Under the pieces are notes generated by a model. That model ran no database searches. It saw only the letters and a program-made list of their open reading frames with translations, and was not told where the DNA came from. A stretch of 63,413 nucleotides of DNA, counting the filler, from Octopus bimaculoides (lineage: Eukaryota): the NCBI RefSeq assembly GCF_001194135.2. It is 4 parts of 4 records of this genome, joined end to end, with 100 filler letters (N's around TTAATTAATTAA, not from the genome) between each part and the next. Parts side by side here need not be neighbours in the genome. Positions count along the whole stretch, not along the records: positions 27,178 to 52,625 come from NC_069003.1; 3 more parts are not named here. The stretch is one strand, 5' to 3'. The first letter of the stretch is position 1; every line of letters starts with the position of its first letter. Position numbers and translations under genes: made by a program. Positions 37,529-50,146 of the stretch are shown piece by piece.

Positions 37529-37917
37529 GATGAGCTTCTTTCAGTTTCCATCTACCAAATCCACTCACCAAGCTTTGGTCGACCTGAGGCTATAGTAGAA
37601 GACATTTGGTCAAGGTGCACGCAGTGGGACTGAGCCCATAACCATGTGGTTGAGAAGCAAGCTTCTTTATTTCATTAAGATTGGCCATAAAGGCCTCATA
37701 CAGGAAAAGGGAAGCTGCGGGCTGGGCATAGACATAATGTTATGTGAATGAAAAAATGATGATAAATGAATAAATAGGGGGGAGCAAGCAGCGCCCGCCG
37801 ACTCATCCCCGAAAACATTGTTTTCTTATATATGAGGCAACAAGCCTCTTACACTGTTCGTAATGTTCATTGATACAAAAAGGAGAAGCAAGCTTCTTAC
37901 AACACAGCTACACCTAT
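37250..37917 (-). mobile_element. SINE A interrupted in its tRNA head by a 215-bp insertion
   Basis: Body at 37250-37667; the remaining head ACAACACAGCTACACCTAT is at 37899-37917. Confidence 0.9.
37668..37882 (-). mobile_element. 215-bp 5'-truncated non-LTR (L1/Tx1-like) insertion with 16-bp TSD
   Basis: GAGAAGCAAGCTTCTT at 37652-37667 and 37883-37898. The minus strand ends GGCCTTTATGGCCAATCTTAATGAAATA. The clade assignment is inference. Confidence 0.75.
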
Positions 37918-37938
37918 AAACAAAAAAATTAAGTAATG

Positions 37939-37983
37939 GGTGTATATACATATTTCAGGAGTTATTGCTCCTTCATCAGCACC
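37939..37983 (-). ncRNA. Compact type I hammerhead motif (AUA triplet)
   Basis: Minus strand: GGTG CTGATGA AGGAG caataa CTCCT GAA ATAT gt ATAT A CACC. All three stems pair and the core is intact. Confidence 0.85.
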
Positions 37984-38604
37984 ACATTCAACTCTTGCCG
38001 CATCTACCACTTACCCACAACTTAATTTGAAGTAAGACACGAATTATCATTTTCTTTACAACAAATGCAGCACGCACAAAATTTTTTTTGTTTCCGTCAT
38101 TTTAAACCAATTTCCTTAGTTTATCAGTTTGTTTTTCATTCTTCTTAACAGATTTCTTTACTAATTCTTTAATAATTTCTAAACGTTTAATAAGTTTATT
38201 TCTGTTTGCGATTCCAAACATTCGCCATTTTGGTGAGTAACATTGTAAACAATCAATATTTTATCGCTATTTTCCAAATATTAATAACATTTCTGAATCA
38301 AATTAAAATATCTATTTTGACATACAAATATTAAATATATTCATAGCATTTCCAGTTTATTCACGATGTTGAGTTATAGATTCCAGTTTCTTTCGATCAG
38401 AGAAAGCACATTGTGTTACTATATTATAACATTACAATATATTATATTATTACAATATATTATATTATTACAATATATTATATTTCTGTATTACATTATT
38501 ACAATATAGTGCATTATTATATCATTACAATATAATATATTATCATATTACTGTATTGATTTACACAAGCATATTATATTACACTATTATATTACTATAC
38601 TGTA

Positions 38605-38781
38605 TAAGGCTGCGCGCTGGCAGAATCGTTAGCACTCCTGGAAAAGTGCTTGGCGGCATTTCGTCCACCGAAGTCGATTTTGCCTTCCAACCTTCCGAGG
38701 TCGATAAAATAATACCAGTTGAGCATTGGGATTGATGTAATCTTATCCCCCAAAATTGCTGGCCTTGTGCCAAAATTTGAA
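38605..38781 (+). mobile_element. SINE B with internal deletion
   Basis: TAAGGCTGCGCGCTGGCAGAATCG head; GCTGGCCTTGTGCCAAAATTTGAAA tail. Confidence 0.85.
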
Positions 38782-39039
38782 ATCAGTATTACTATATAGT
38801 ACTTGTATATTGTTTTACCACATTGTATTACTGTATTTCATTATTGTATTGATTTATTCGAATAAATACTATTGTACTACTATGTTGTATTGCTATAGTA
38901 TTTTATCGTGTTATACTCCAGTGATATACTGTAGTATTATTATTATGACAGGGTTAGATAAATATCGGTAGTTGGCTTAAACAACAGAGAAGTGGATAAA
39001 ATGCTTTGTGACGCGGTAGTAACTTGGTAAAGCATCTGT

Positions 39040-40630
39040 AAGGGCGGAATTTGCGCTGAGGTCTTGCACTTTGGCCGGGTGGTGTCTCACAAAAGCTTCA
39101 CGAACTTATTAGTGCAATCCGGAAGAATGGTGCTGTCCCCAAGGACTTGAAGGATGCAATTGTCCTTCTCTACAAGGCAAAAAGAACAGAATAAAGTGTG
39201 ACAATCATAGAGGTATCACTCTACTGCCAGCTGCTGGCAAGGTTCTGATAAGTATTCTTCTTACTCGCTCGAATAAATACTTTGTAACTGATGTCTTTTC
39301 TGAAACTCAATGTGGTTTCTATTCTGGTAGAGGAACAAGGGAAATGATTTTCACAGCAAGACAGATGCAGGAGAAATGTTATGAGAAGAATCAGCATCGT
39401 GTCCAGATTTTCATTGATTTAAACAAAACCTTTGATATAGTGAATAGAGCCTCCCTGTAGAAAATACTTGGCAAACTTGGTTGTCCGAGTCGTTTGTATT
39501 GATAATTAAATTGTTTTATGATGGGATGGAGGCCTAGGTTAATGTCGGTGGTGGCATGGCGGGATCCATTCCTGTAGAGAATGGTGTCAAGCAAGGTGAC
39601 ATCCTTGTGCCAACTTTCTTTTCCTTGTATTTTGTTGCTAGTCGCATTCGTGCTTTCTCGGTGAATTGCATTTCTACTCTCACCTTTCTTCAAGTAGAAC
39701 TTGGAGTCGAAAAGAACTTAGCCGAAGAAGAAAATAGCTCTCTTTACTCTTTTACTTGTTTCATGCTGGAGCACCGACTTTTTATTAGTCGAGCAAATCG
39801 ACCCCAGGACTTATTCTTTGTAAGCCTAGTACTTATTCTATCGGTCTTTTTTGCCGAACCGCTATGTTACGGGGACGTAAACACACCATCATCGGTTGTC
39901 AAGTGATGGTGGGGGGACAAACACAGACACACAAACATATACACACACATACATATATATAAATACATATATACGACGGGCTTCTTTCAGTGTCCGTCTA
40001 CCAAATCCACTCACAAGGCATTGGTCGGCCCGAGGCTATAGTAGAAGACGCTTGCCCAAGGTGCCACGCAGTGGGAATGAACCCGGAACCATGTGGTCGG
40101 TAAGCAAGCTACTTACCACACAGCCACTCCTGCGCTCTCTTCAGTTCTTTCAAATGAGTCCAGCACACAGCCTATGTTACCATAGTTACCGAATACAGGA
40201 GAACTTCGCAACTAAAAGAATGCAGTGCGGTGGTCTCCGTGATGGACTTCATGATAATCGGATCCGTCCTATACACACTAGCTGTTCGCTAAAAATCCAG
40301 AATTCAGCAATGCTCGTACATTGAATGAGTAAGTACAGAATAGTTACGTCCCTCTGTGCGTATCTTGAACAAGCTTGAATAGCAGCGTTACCATGTCTAT
40401 AGAAATATCATGAAGTGGCTGTGCCTCCCACAATCATTTTCATATCAGAGATTTGTGGAAGTTATCCATAAATCCGGGACTGAATGTCATTCAGAACAGA
40501 CAAGCCAGTTAATCTTACTCAATATCCAGCTCTTACCCGAGAACATAGTCGCTGCCCTCCCCCACACCATTTGTCCTCTACGGAGTGTTAAGATGGAAAT
40601 TCTATTGAGCTCATTACTCGGCACGTGGGG
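39040..40630 (+). mobile_element. Decayed RTE (BovB-like) ORF2 fragment interrupted by SINE A
   Basis: NHRGITLLPAAGKVL..ETQCGFYSGRGTREMIFTARQMQEKC..FIDLNKTFDIVNR..NGVKQGDILVPTFFSLYF. After the SINE come weak VMDFMIIGSVL, VYRNIMKWL and VLYGVL matches. Confidence 0.85.
39745..40135 (-). mobile_element. SINE A nested in RTE
   Basis: Full-length reverse copy. GCTCTCTT at 39737-39744 and 40134-40141 is TSD-like. Confidence 0.92.
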
Positions 40631-40675
40631 GTAGTCTATGGACACCTGACGACATTCTAGAAACTTGCTATAGTA

Positions 40676-41440
40676 GTGGTGATGATGATGATAATAATGA
40701 TGATGATGATGATGGTGGTGGTGGTAGCGCTGGAGGTGATAATTGCGGTGGTGTTGATAGTGGTGGAGGTACTGACGGCGCTGGTGGCAGTGGTGGTGGT
40801 GGTGATGGTGGTGATACTGCTGCTGCTGAACGATTAGAGATAAATGATAAATGAGCAAACAAAGCAGGAGAAACGAAGTTTGTGGAGACGGAGAAGGAGG
40901 AAGAGGAAGAGAGAGAAAAAGGGAGGGGGAAAGTGAAAGAGAAAGTGAAAGAGAAAGACTTGAGAAGCTATAAAATGTCGCCTTGTTTTGACATAAATAT
41001 TAATATTAAATAATTTTATTGGCAAGACAGTGGTGGCGGCGGCGGCGGTGGTGGTGGTGGTGGTGGGAGATGATGAGTCTACCGAAGAGGGAGATATTTT
41101 ACATGATGGTGGAGTTGTCGCGGGGATATTATGGTGGAGGTGGAGCTTGATACGATGCTAATGTTATTCTGAGTTTTCTGTTATTGCTGCTGCTGCTCTC
41201 GATGTTGTTGTTATTACTGTTTTTATTGTTGTCGTTGTTCTTGCTGTTGCTGTTGTTCCTACTGTTGTGGTGGCTGTTGCTGCAGTTGGTACTGTTGCTG
41301 CTGTTGTTGTTGTTGTTCCTACTGTTCTCCTTGCTGGTGGTGGTGCTGCTGCTGCTGCCGTTGTTGTTGTTGTTTCAGACGTTGTTGTTGTTCTTGTTTT
41401 TGCAGCTTTTGTGCTGTCGTCATCGTCGTCGTTAACCGTT
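40676..41440. repeat. Trinucleotide microsatellite tracts (GAT/GGT and GTT/GCT)
   Basis: Directly visible; source of the poly-H, poly-L and poly-V ORFs. Confidence 0.9.
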
Positions 41441-41868
41441 GTTATTTTTTGCTGTTATTGTATAAAATTTAGTTGTAGTTTTGAATGTATAATGTAATTA
41501 TACCCCCTCATCATGTTTGATGTGTTGTTATGTGACAGTCTAATTATTTCCGATATGTTTGCAAGCAAGAAGAAAGAAACAACATTCCACAAATACTAAG
41601 GAATCACCATTTCTTCCAAAACTGTAAACTACGTTAGAGAAAAAAACAACAACAAAACCTACGTTAATATTGCCGTCAAGGACAAATGATAATTATTTCA
41701 GTACGCAGCCGTCCGCATTTCTAATCATAATGTATTTTCGAGCAATTTCACTGAATAGCGATGGTAAAACCTTCAAATAGAATATGATTTGTAATAAACT
41801 CATTATATAGTTCTTTTGTTTTGTGTTTGTGTTTGGCCTGCAAGATTCTTGATGTGAATTCGTGTCTT

Positions 41869-42294
41869 AGTTTCTCTCGTGGTATCTACAGAAGTATAGT
41901 TTGTTCTTACAGAACATCCATGTTTATGTGGGGATAAATGTTACCTGTCGGTGTTAATACTGCCTCTGCCGCTAATATATATTTTAATGAGTTCACAGGC
42001 TAATCGCAACACCAGCGTTTGTCCAGGTACTGTTTTTTCTATAAATCGCTGGCAGGGAGATGAATAACTGCTATATCTAGCGGTTGAGTGTCCATCATTG
42101 ACAAGACCAAACAAGATCAAAATCACATGATGGTGGCCTTGGCTCTGGAGGTAGCAAGGATTTATCTTCCCGCTAATGATATAAACAAGCGTGCATTTTG
42201 CACCAAAAAGCCAATATGAGAGTTTCTCTCGTGCTATTTACTGCAGTATAGTTTGTTCTAACAGAGCATCCACGTTTAGCTGGGGATAAATGTT
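41869..42294. repeat. 74-bp direct repeat pair (41869-41942 and 42221-42294)
   Basis: About 9 mismatches in 74 bp by eye; period 352 bp. Confidence 0.85.
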
Positions 42295-42877
42295 GTTGTG
42301 CCTTGGGAGAGTCATTACGCCAATAATAACAACACTCGCACAGGTTCAATCCCACTCCTCTATTGCAAGTCAATTGGTTAAGTATCTAACCAACTAACTA
42401 ATCGAATGTTTGTTTAATTTTTAAACAATCAACCGGTTGTTTGTGATTCGAAGTACTTTCGTCGCCGTTCGCGACCTTTCCAGTGACTTTCCCTCTCGTT
42501 CCAAGGTCTGCCTTGAATCTGTCTGATAATTGGTGTTATGCCTGTGTGTATGCATGATTTTATATCTATGTATGTAGGTGTGTGTTTGCTTAGAAGGAAA
42601 GATTAAGGTAAGGGTAAACGAAGAGTGGTTGTATGTGTGTTTATGTGTGTACGTGATACATCGCTGGTCACAATGCGATTCACCTTGTTCTAGATTTCTA
42701 AAGGTGCCACGCCGCTGGCTGGCTGGCTGGTGGGCTGGCCCACATTTCCCCGGTTCGGAAGGTTATTCCATCGTAGGGTTACCTATTTAACAGCTGAATG
42801 GACTGAATGGCTTTATGAAAAGTTAATTTATATAAGATAAACGCCTCCTACCTAACAGCTTTCTTTCAAATAATGGC

Positions 42878-43150
42878 TATGGAGAAAAAGATTGCGTACT
42901 GGACAATATTGAAAAAACAGGGGTCAGAAACTTTCCCTTCTGAACAAGTCCTCACCGACTTCACCATGTTCCGCGTGGGGAGGAAGTGAGAGGAAGGCGA
43001 GGGTGCAGAGAGTGAGTTTGCTAAAAGACGTGGGGGTGAGAACTGTGTGTATAAATCTACACTAAGCCTGTACCTGTAGACCAAAGAACACAGCCGGGAG
43101 AGGGGCACTTGCCCTTCATAGTTAGGATCAGAGAAGGTTTTACACCAATT
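42878..43150 (+). mobile_element. Possible decayed L1/Tx1 ORF1 N-terminus
   Basis: MEKKIAYWTILKKQGSETFPSEQVLTDF resembles, from memory only, cephalopod L1/Tx1 ORF1 starts. Confidence 0.3.
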
Positions 43151-44189
43151 AGACAGATTTTGTTCAAATTGGACCCCGCGCCAAGAGAGAACTCCGTGCG
43201 CATGCTCGAGCAGAGGACGCTATGAGGAACTTTTAGTAAACCATTGAGGCTAATGGTGGAACTTCTCAAGCCCTCAACGCTTTTTGGCTAGGATTGGCGT
43301 ACCACATGAAGCATTTAACATCAATCTTCAGCTTTTGTAGAGTTGAGGGGTCTACTGACAATTCTCTAATTGGACCCCGCACTTCCTAGCGCTGGCCCTG
43401 GTCAGGGTAATCCAGTATCTACAGAGTTCTTTGATTGATCCTGGAGTGGTGGTGGTGGTGATGGGGGCTTTGCATCCAAGGGACACATCCTTTACCGCAG
43501 TTGCTTTCCATGCCTCTTGTTTTCTGTAATCAATTCTGAAGTCGTTTTAATAATTTGCAATATCCGCACATCCGTTCACCCTTGAGACGAGTAAAATGAT
43601 CATTATAATTATTATTCTTATATTAACAATGTTTTCACGCAAAACAAGCCAACACCTGTCTCCAATTGTGAGATCAACAATTAAATTTAAAAAAACAGCA
43701 AGAAAAACATTGAAATAAGATAAGGAAATCTTACAATTATAACATGTGAAGAGGAGGAGGAGAGGTAGGAAGAGCGGATTGAGAGACGAGGAGAAAGTAG
43801 GAAAGAGAGGAGAAGGGAAGAGGTGGGAGAAAAGGTGACAGAGGGGATGGAAGAAAGAATGAGAGAAGGTGATAGTGTAAATTAAATCTAAAATCCAAGA
43901 ATGTGATGACTAAAACATTACCAGTGTTTTGATTTTTCTTAATAAAATAAAATTCCACAGGTTTCTGTCTGGGAATTATGTCAGTTTTCGCTTTTTTTTT
44001 TTTATTCCCGATACATGCATACATACATGCATACATAGATATCTGTACACCTACACATATGTATGCTACTACCGCTCCTTTTCTCCCTTTTTTCTTTCTC
44101 TATATCTCTTTAAATGTGTGTGATTATATGTGTACGTAGATTGTATAAGATTCTGTGTGTGTGTATATACACATATATATATACATACA

Positions 44190-44242
<53 letters not shown>

Positions 44243-44248
44243 CATATA

Positions 44249-45660
44249 CACGAACATACCTCACCCTACGTCGTTAATTGGTTCCAGGAGACACAACTTA
44301 AGTCGAATTGACTTGTCTCCAGGCTAAGCTAGGCCGAATTTACTTGTCTTTAGGCTAAACCGATAATAACCATTCCCAGTTCTGTACTTTACTTATGAAC
44401 GCATTTTCAATAATACATGGTTAGTAAAAACCTATTTTAAGCTTACAAAAAACAATCATTTTTATTTTTTAATAAAATACAGTAAAAAATAAAGTAATCT
44501 AAATTTACGAGTACAATTTGGCGGTGTTTATCGTACATCGCAGACGCTATATTTATGAATGCGGTTTGCAATAAGACATGGTAAAATAAAAGCCTTTTTT
44601 AAGCTTAAAAAACAAATTCAGTAATTATTATTATTTTGCAATAGTAAAAAGAACTAAATTATTTTAAATTTACCAATACATACATACAATTTGGTGGTTT
44701 ACATCGCGCATGTAGATGGCTGTGGATCGTCAACATCAATAGCTGTCTCTGGCTGTTCTTGTTGTTCGATGCGCTTACAAAAGCGGTTGAGAATTCCTTA
44801 AATTGTCTTCTTCTTTTCCTCAAGGATTACATTATAAGAAGCAAAAGCTTTGTGACAAGCCCGCATAATCTTGGAAAAGAGTTGAGCAATTGGATCCATA
44901 CTCTCGAACATAGAAAAACCTTTATCGATATACACAAATGCTTGCTGCGTTTTCTTAATGGTAAAGTGGCATGGCTCAGGTTTGACTTCCTCTTCTTTAT
45001 TTTGCTGTTCGTTAAGCTCTATGAAATCCTCGTTCGTCAGAGGCTGCTTGTCTTTCTCAAATAAATCTGTAAACTCCTCCTCCTACAAATCCATTTGCAG
45101 TTCTTTGCTCGTATTCACCAACGTTTTGTCATCCACGAATTGCGGGCCTAGATTATTCCATACACCATTCATAGCCGGGCTCTGTACATCATTCTATGCC
45201 GCTGCTGTGTTCTGTACAGCCTTATAGATATCGTATCTCTACCAAAAGTCACGAAGCGTGATGGACTTATCAAGATCAGTTGCAGCTATTGCTTGCCGCA
45301 GCGTACGCTTCATATAGCAACACTTGAAGATAGCAATTATTCCCTGATCCATTGGCTGCAGAAGAAACGACAGTAAATTTGGAGTCACTACACAACTTTA
45401 TGGTGTGTATCTTAACATTTACTGTACGTGTTTTTATATGATTTTATATGCTTTTATTCTTAGTTATTGCACAGTAACATGATTTTATGTATTTTTAACG
45501 GTTTTCTAGTGAGTTTACGATTCCAGTGTTTGTGGCGGACAGACCTAAAGTCGAGTAAAATGACTTAACTTGATATTTATTTTTCTATAAATCATTTTTG
45601 AAAACCGACGTATAATCGAGAACAACTTAAATCGAAACGACTTAAACCGAGGTATGCCTG
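44249..45660 (-). mobile_element. Non-autonomous Tigger/pogo (TIGD1-like) element, TA-flanked
   Basis: TIR-like CACGAACATACCTC / GAGGTATGCCTG with TA on both sides. Minus strand LLQPMDQGIIAIFKCCY (45342-45358 = QPMDQG)..RDFW*RYDIYKAVQN..NGVWNNLGPQF..PLTNEDFIEL. Confidence 0.9.
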
Positions 45661-46666
45661 TATATATATATGTATATATATATATATAATAATAATATTA
45701 TGGACAAAATCCAAAATTACAGGTAAAAAACTCAATTAAAATCAATTTATAAAAAATTAAAATTAAATTGAGCCTTATAGATAAAGTATATATAAAATAT
45801 ATAGTTTTAGGGAAAATAACCAATTTTCAAGAACTCATCGATGAAAATCCACTATCACATATAGAAAAATTAATAATTAAAAGCACAATAAATGAGTATA
45901 ATATAAAGTAAAGTAAATATTATATTATATTTATCTTATGANNNNNNNNNNNNNNNNNNNNNNNNNNNNNNNNNNNNNNNNNNNNNNNNNNNNNNNNNNN
46001 NNNNNNNNNNNNNNNNNNNNNNNNNNNNNNNNNNNNNNNNNNNNNNNNNNNNNNNNNNNNNNNNNNNNNNNNNNNNNNNNNNNNNNNNNNNNNNNNNNNN
46101 NNNNNNNNNNNNNNNNNNNNNNNNNNNNNNNNNNNNNNNNNNNNNNNNNNNNNNNNNNNNNNNNNNNNNNNNNNNNNNNNNNNNNNNNNNNNNNNNNNNN
46201 NNNNNNNNNNNNNNNNNNNNNNNNNNNNNNNNNNNNNNNNNNNNNNNNNNNNNNNNNNNNNNNNNNNNNNNNNNNNNNNNNNNNNNNNNNNNNNNNNNNN
46301 NNNNNNNNNNTATATATATATATATATATATATATATGAGGCTGCATACTGTGAAGTATCATGTGTGAAAACAATATTGTCATATTGTTGATACCCACAA
46401 GCACGTTCAACAAACACAGGTGTTATGAGTCTTTGAGAAAACATAATGCTTCTTTTCTGGTACATAACGCCACTTGTCAGCCAAATTAACAGACGCAGTT
46501 AGTGCCATTATGTCTGTGTGTGTGTGTGTGTGCATTATCTATTCGTATTTGGATATTTCGTTTGACATTATGTCTATTATTTTCATTACAAAGAGATTTT
46601 TCAGGCAGTGTAAGAAAGAATCCATCGCGCCAGCTGCTCCTAGGTAGAACAATGAGTTTTACTCTA

Positions 46667-46707
46667 CATTGTCTGAAGAGTCATTATGGAAACGACTGGT
46701 TGCAATG
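46667..46707 (+). pseudogene. Degenerate hammerhead-like motif
   Basis: CATTGT CTGAAGA GTCATTATG GAA ACGACTGGT T GCAATG. Stem I is 6 bp and the core is present, but stem II does not pair. Confidence 0.4.
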
Positions 46708-46800
46708 CTACACAGAATATTCAGCTATGATTACATATGTGTGTATATTCTGTGTTTGTGGGTCTGTAAGGTATACTTTTTTTATGACTATAGAGTTACA

Positions 46801-47546
46801 GTGGAGGCGCAATGGCCCAGTGGTTAGGGCAGCGGACTCACGGTCATAAGATCGCGGTTTCGATTCCCAGTCCGGGCGTTGTGAGTGTTTATTGAGCGAA
46901 AACTCCTAAAAGCTCCACGAGGCTCAGGCAGGGGATGGAGGAGAACCCTGCTGTACTCTTTCACCACAACTTTCTCTCACTCTTACTTCCTGAGTTTCTG
47001 TTGTGCCTGTAATTCAAAAGGTCAGCCTTGTCACACTCTGTGTCACGCTGAATATCCCCGAGAACTACGTTGAGGGTACACATGTCTGTGGAGTGCTCAG
47101 CCACTTGCACGTTAATTTCACGAGCAGGCTGTTCCGTTGATCGGATCAACTGGAACCCTCGACGTCGTNNNNNNNNNNTAGGGCAGCGGACTCACGGTCA
47201 TAAGATCGCGGTTTCGATTCCCAGTCCGGGCGTTGTGAGTGTTTATTGAGCGAAAACTCCTAAAAGCTCCACGAGGCTCAGGCAGGGGATGGAGGAGAAC
47301 CCTGCTGTACTCTTTCACCACAACTTTCTCTCACTCTTACTTCCTGAGTTTCTGTTGTGCCTGTAATTCAAAAGGTCAGCCTTGTCACACTCTGTGTCAC
47401 GCTGAATATCCCCGAGAACTACGTTGAGGGTACACATGTCTGTGGAGTGCTCAGCCACTTGCACGTTAATTTCACGAGCAGGCTGTTCCGTTGATCGGAT
47501 CAACTGGAACCCTCGACGTCGTAAGCGACGGAGTGCCAACAACAAC
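46801..47546 (+). mobile_element. One SINE C copy shown twice across a 10-N gap (46825-47168 = 47179-47522)
   Basis: Both parts share the same private variants (CTCACGG, AAAACTCC, CCTGAGTTTC). Outer flanks ACTATAGAGTTACA / ACTAATAGAGTAACA are TSD-like. Confidence 0.9.
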
Positions 47547-48497
47547 TAATAGAGTAACAATCTCTCTCTGAAATGTAAGGGTTTTATTTCTCCATGAGTA
47601 GAATCGATCTTCTGTCTGCAGAGGGAAAATAGAAGCTTACAACTATTTATGGTGTCTATAAAAACTAAATTAACCAGTCTGATTTACATAATGTTTGCAC
47701 TGATACGTGGTTGTGTAATGAATTAATTATGTACGCTTTGATAATTTGATAAAACTCCACACAGAATATCCATCTTCTGTTCATGGAGAGATTGGGATCT
47801 TATAGCTGTTTAAGATCCGTTCACTGTTCAAGTATTCCTGACTTGTGGAGCTATGTCATACTGTTGTCGTGTGTAGGAGTGATCCGGATATCTGCAGAGT
47901 CCATCGTAAAGATCGCCCCCCACTGTCTACTTTTAGCCGGGAAGGCTGGGCATGTTTCCTCTGCTGATTGGCTGCGGCAAAAGTGGTCATGTAGTACATG
48001 GGATGAAAGCAACAGTTGCTTCTTCGACAAATGTCTAATCGACTTTTTCAAGTTCCAGTTAGAGAGAAAGAGGGATGTAAAGATGGCGGTCCCCGAGAGC
48101 TTATTGCACAACTACATTGTCTATTACTGTTCAAATGAAACCATCTTCTATTTTCCTACCCTTTTTACAGCTAATAAAAATAGTTTATTGATTGCATCGA
48201 CAGAATCTTCACACTAGATTGTCCACTGTGGACCTGACAGCTTGTTTGAAATTAACGAAGTGAAAATATAAATGTTATATCTTATTTCTTCTTGTAGAAA
48301 ATTTCTAACTGAAACGATTTAATTAATTGTTCTCATCACACACGCAACCTTCTTCTTTTTCCATTCTTCTCCCCAACTCCGCTGTATTTGTATGTATCTC
48401 CATGTCATCCTGTGTATGGCATTTTGTCCTTTATCTCCTCGCCCTTATTTTACAACTAATTGAAATTCTTCTTCCCGCTATATCCACTTTCCTACGT

Positions 48498-48895
48498 GTG
48501 GAGGCGCAATGGTCCAGTGGTTAGGGCAGCGGACTCGCGGTCTTCGGATCGCGGTCTTCGGATCGCGGTTTCGATTCCCATACCGGGCGTTGTGAGTGTT
48601 TATTGAGCGAAAACACCTAAAGCTCCATGAGGCTCCGGCAGGGGATGGTGGTGAACCTTGCTGTACTCTTTCACCACAACTTTCTCTCACTCTTACTTCC
48701 TGTTTCTGTTGTACCTGTAATTCAAAGGGTCAGCCTTGTCACACTCTGTGTCACGCTGAATCTCCCCGAGAACTACATTAAGGGTACACGTGTCTGTGGA
48801 GTGCTCAGCCACTTACACGTTAATTTCACGAGCAGGCTGTTCCATTGATCGGATCAACAGGAACCCTCGACGTCGTAAGTGACGGAGTGCCAACA
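48498..48895 (+). mobile_element. SINE C with a 14-bp tandem duplication in the head
   Basis: (CGGTCTTCGGATCG)x2; CACTTTCCT at 48485-48493 and 48898-48906. Confidence 0.93.
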
Positions 48896-50146
48896 TACAC
48901 TTTCCTCCACATCGTACAAAATCCACATAACTCGCATCACTTCCCACATTACACAAAACCACTCTCCCACAACACATACCATCTGTCACACTATTCACAC
49001 CGCACTATTCAAATCANNNNNNNNNNNNNNNNNNNNNNNNNNNNNNNNNNNNNNNNNNNNNNNNNNNNNNNNNNNNNNNNNNNNNNNNNNNNNNNNNNNN
49101 NNNNNNNNNNNNNNNNATATGTGTGTGTGTGTGTGTGTATATATATACTCACATACATACACATTATTTTCTTTTCAAGATTTCTCTTTTAAGAGAAACT
49201 ATTTTAGTGCACATTGATACTTAAACGTTTTGGTCTACAAATATATTTGTTTATATTTGTTTACAAATATATTTCTACAACATTTATAAACACATTAGGT
49301 TTTGTTTCGAGTTAAATCATATTAAAATTTATGCGTTCATATTTCAATATTCACAGTTTTCTAATAAAATCGTTGAAAAAATTTTTTTTACATTTCTTTA
49401 TACATTTTCCCGCTTTTATTAATTTGCCTATCATTTATTATTTATAATCCTTTCAAGTCACCTCTCTGTATTTATGGTGTAACGTTAATTATTTGTTAAT
49501 AATCTATTTACTTTTATCCTTCTCACATTTTTTATACTCTTTTATCTTATTTCACTAGACTTCTCTCCTTTACCCTTTTTCTTTATCACAAACTCTAGTC
49601 TTTTCTCGAACTGTTTCTCCTTCTATCGTTATTTTCACTTCTGTTTTTTTTTCCCTCTTTTGATCTTCATGTGATAGATGTTCTCTTTTATTGCAATTAG
49701 TGAGACTACAGTAAGAGTTTATATGTTTAATCTGTTTAAATTCTCTAGTCTCATCTGCTTGCTTTTCATCTGTTGGGGGGTGGATGGGGGAGCTATTTTT
49801 CTGCCTGGTCTCCATTTCTGGAAATCTCCGGTTTCTGTATGAATACGTTATGACTCATCATCTCTGATATGTGGGCAGTTAAGAGAATGACCCTCTACGC
49901 ACTATTTCCGACTTCAACACCACCACCAGAGAAAGCAGTGAAGATAATTCGACAAGAAGACAACAGCTATAGCAGCAGCAGCAGCACCAGTCGCTGATAT
50001 AACAACAATTTTATTTCAAGTTCGAAATTCTAAAATTTGTAATTTGATAAAAGGATACCTACTGTCCTCTGCTATTAGATGTCTAGACTCCATTATAAAC
50101 TCATATAGAATTTCTCAATTAACAATATGAAAACATCAATAAATAC

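Noticed and set aside
39640-40670. Inversion of the RTE C-terminal half (minus-strand LLYS..HLKELK and EKARM peptides)
   Set aside because: The plus strand gives several collinear RTE motifs in the expected order, so the minus-strand matches look coincidental.
46801-47546. Tandem SINE C dimer
   Set aside because: The two parts are identical, including private variants, and are separated by a 10-N gap; one TSD-like pair brackets the whole. This is a contig overlap.
47783-48217. 144-aa ORF as a host exon, or a CR1/L2 endonuclease fragment on the minus strand
   Set aside because: No recognisable domain on plus; only a vague SNWNLK resemblance on minus, too weak to call.
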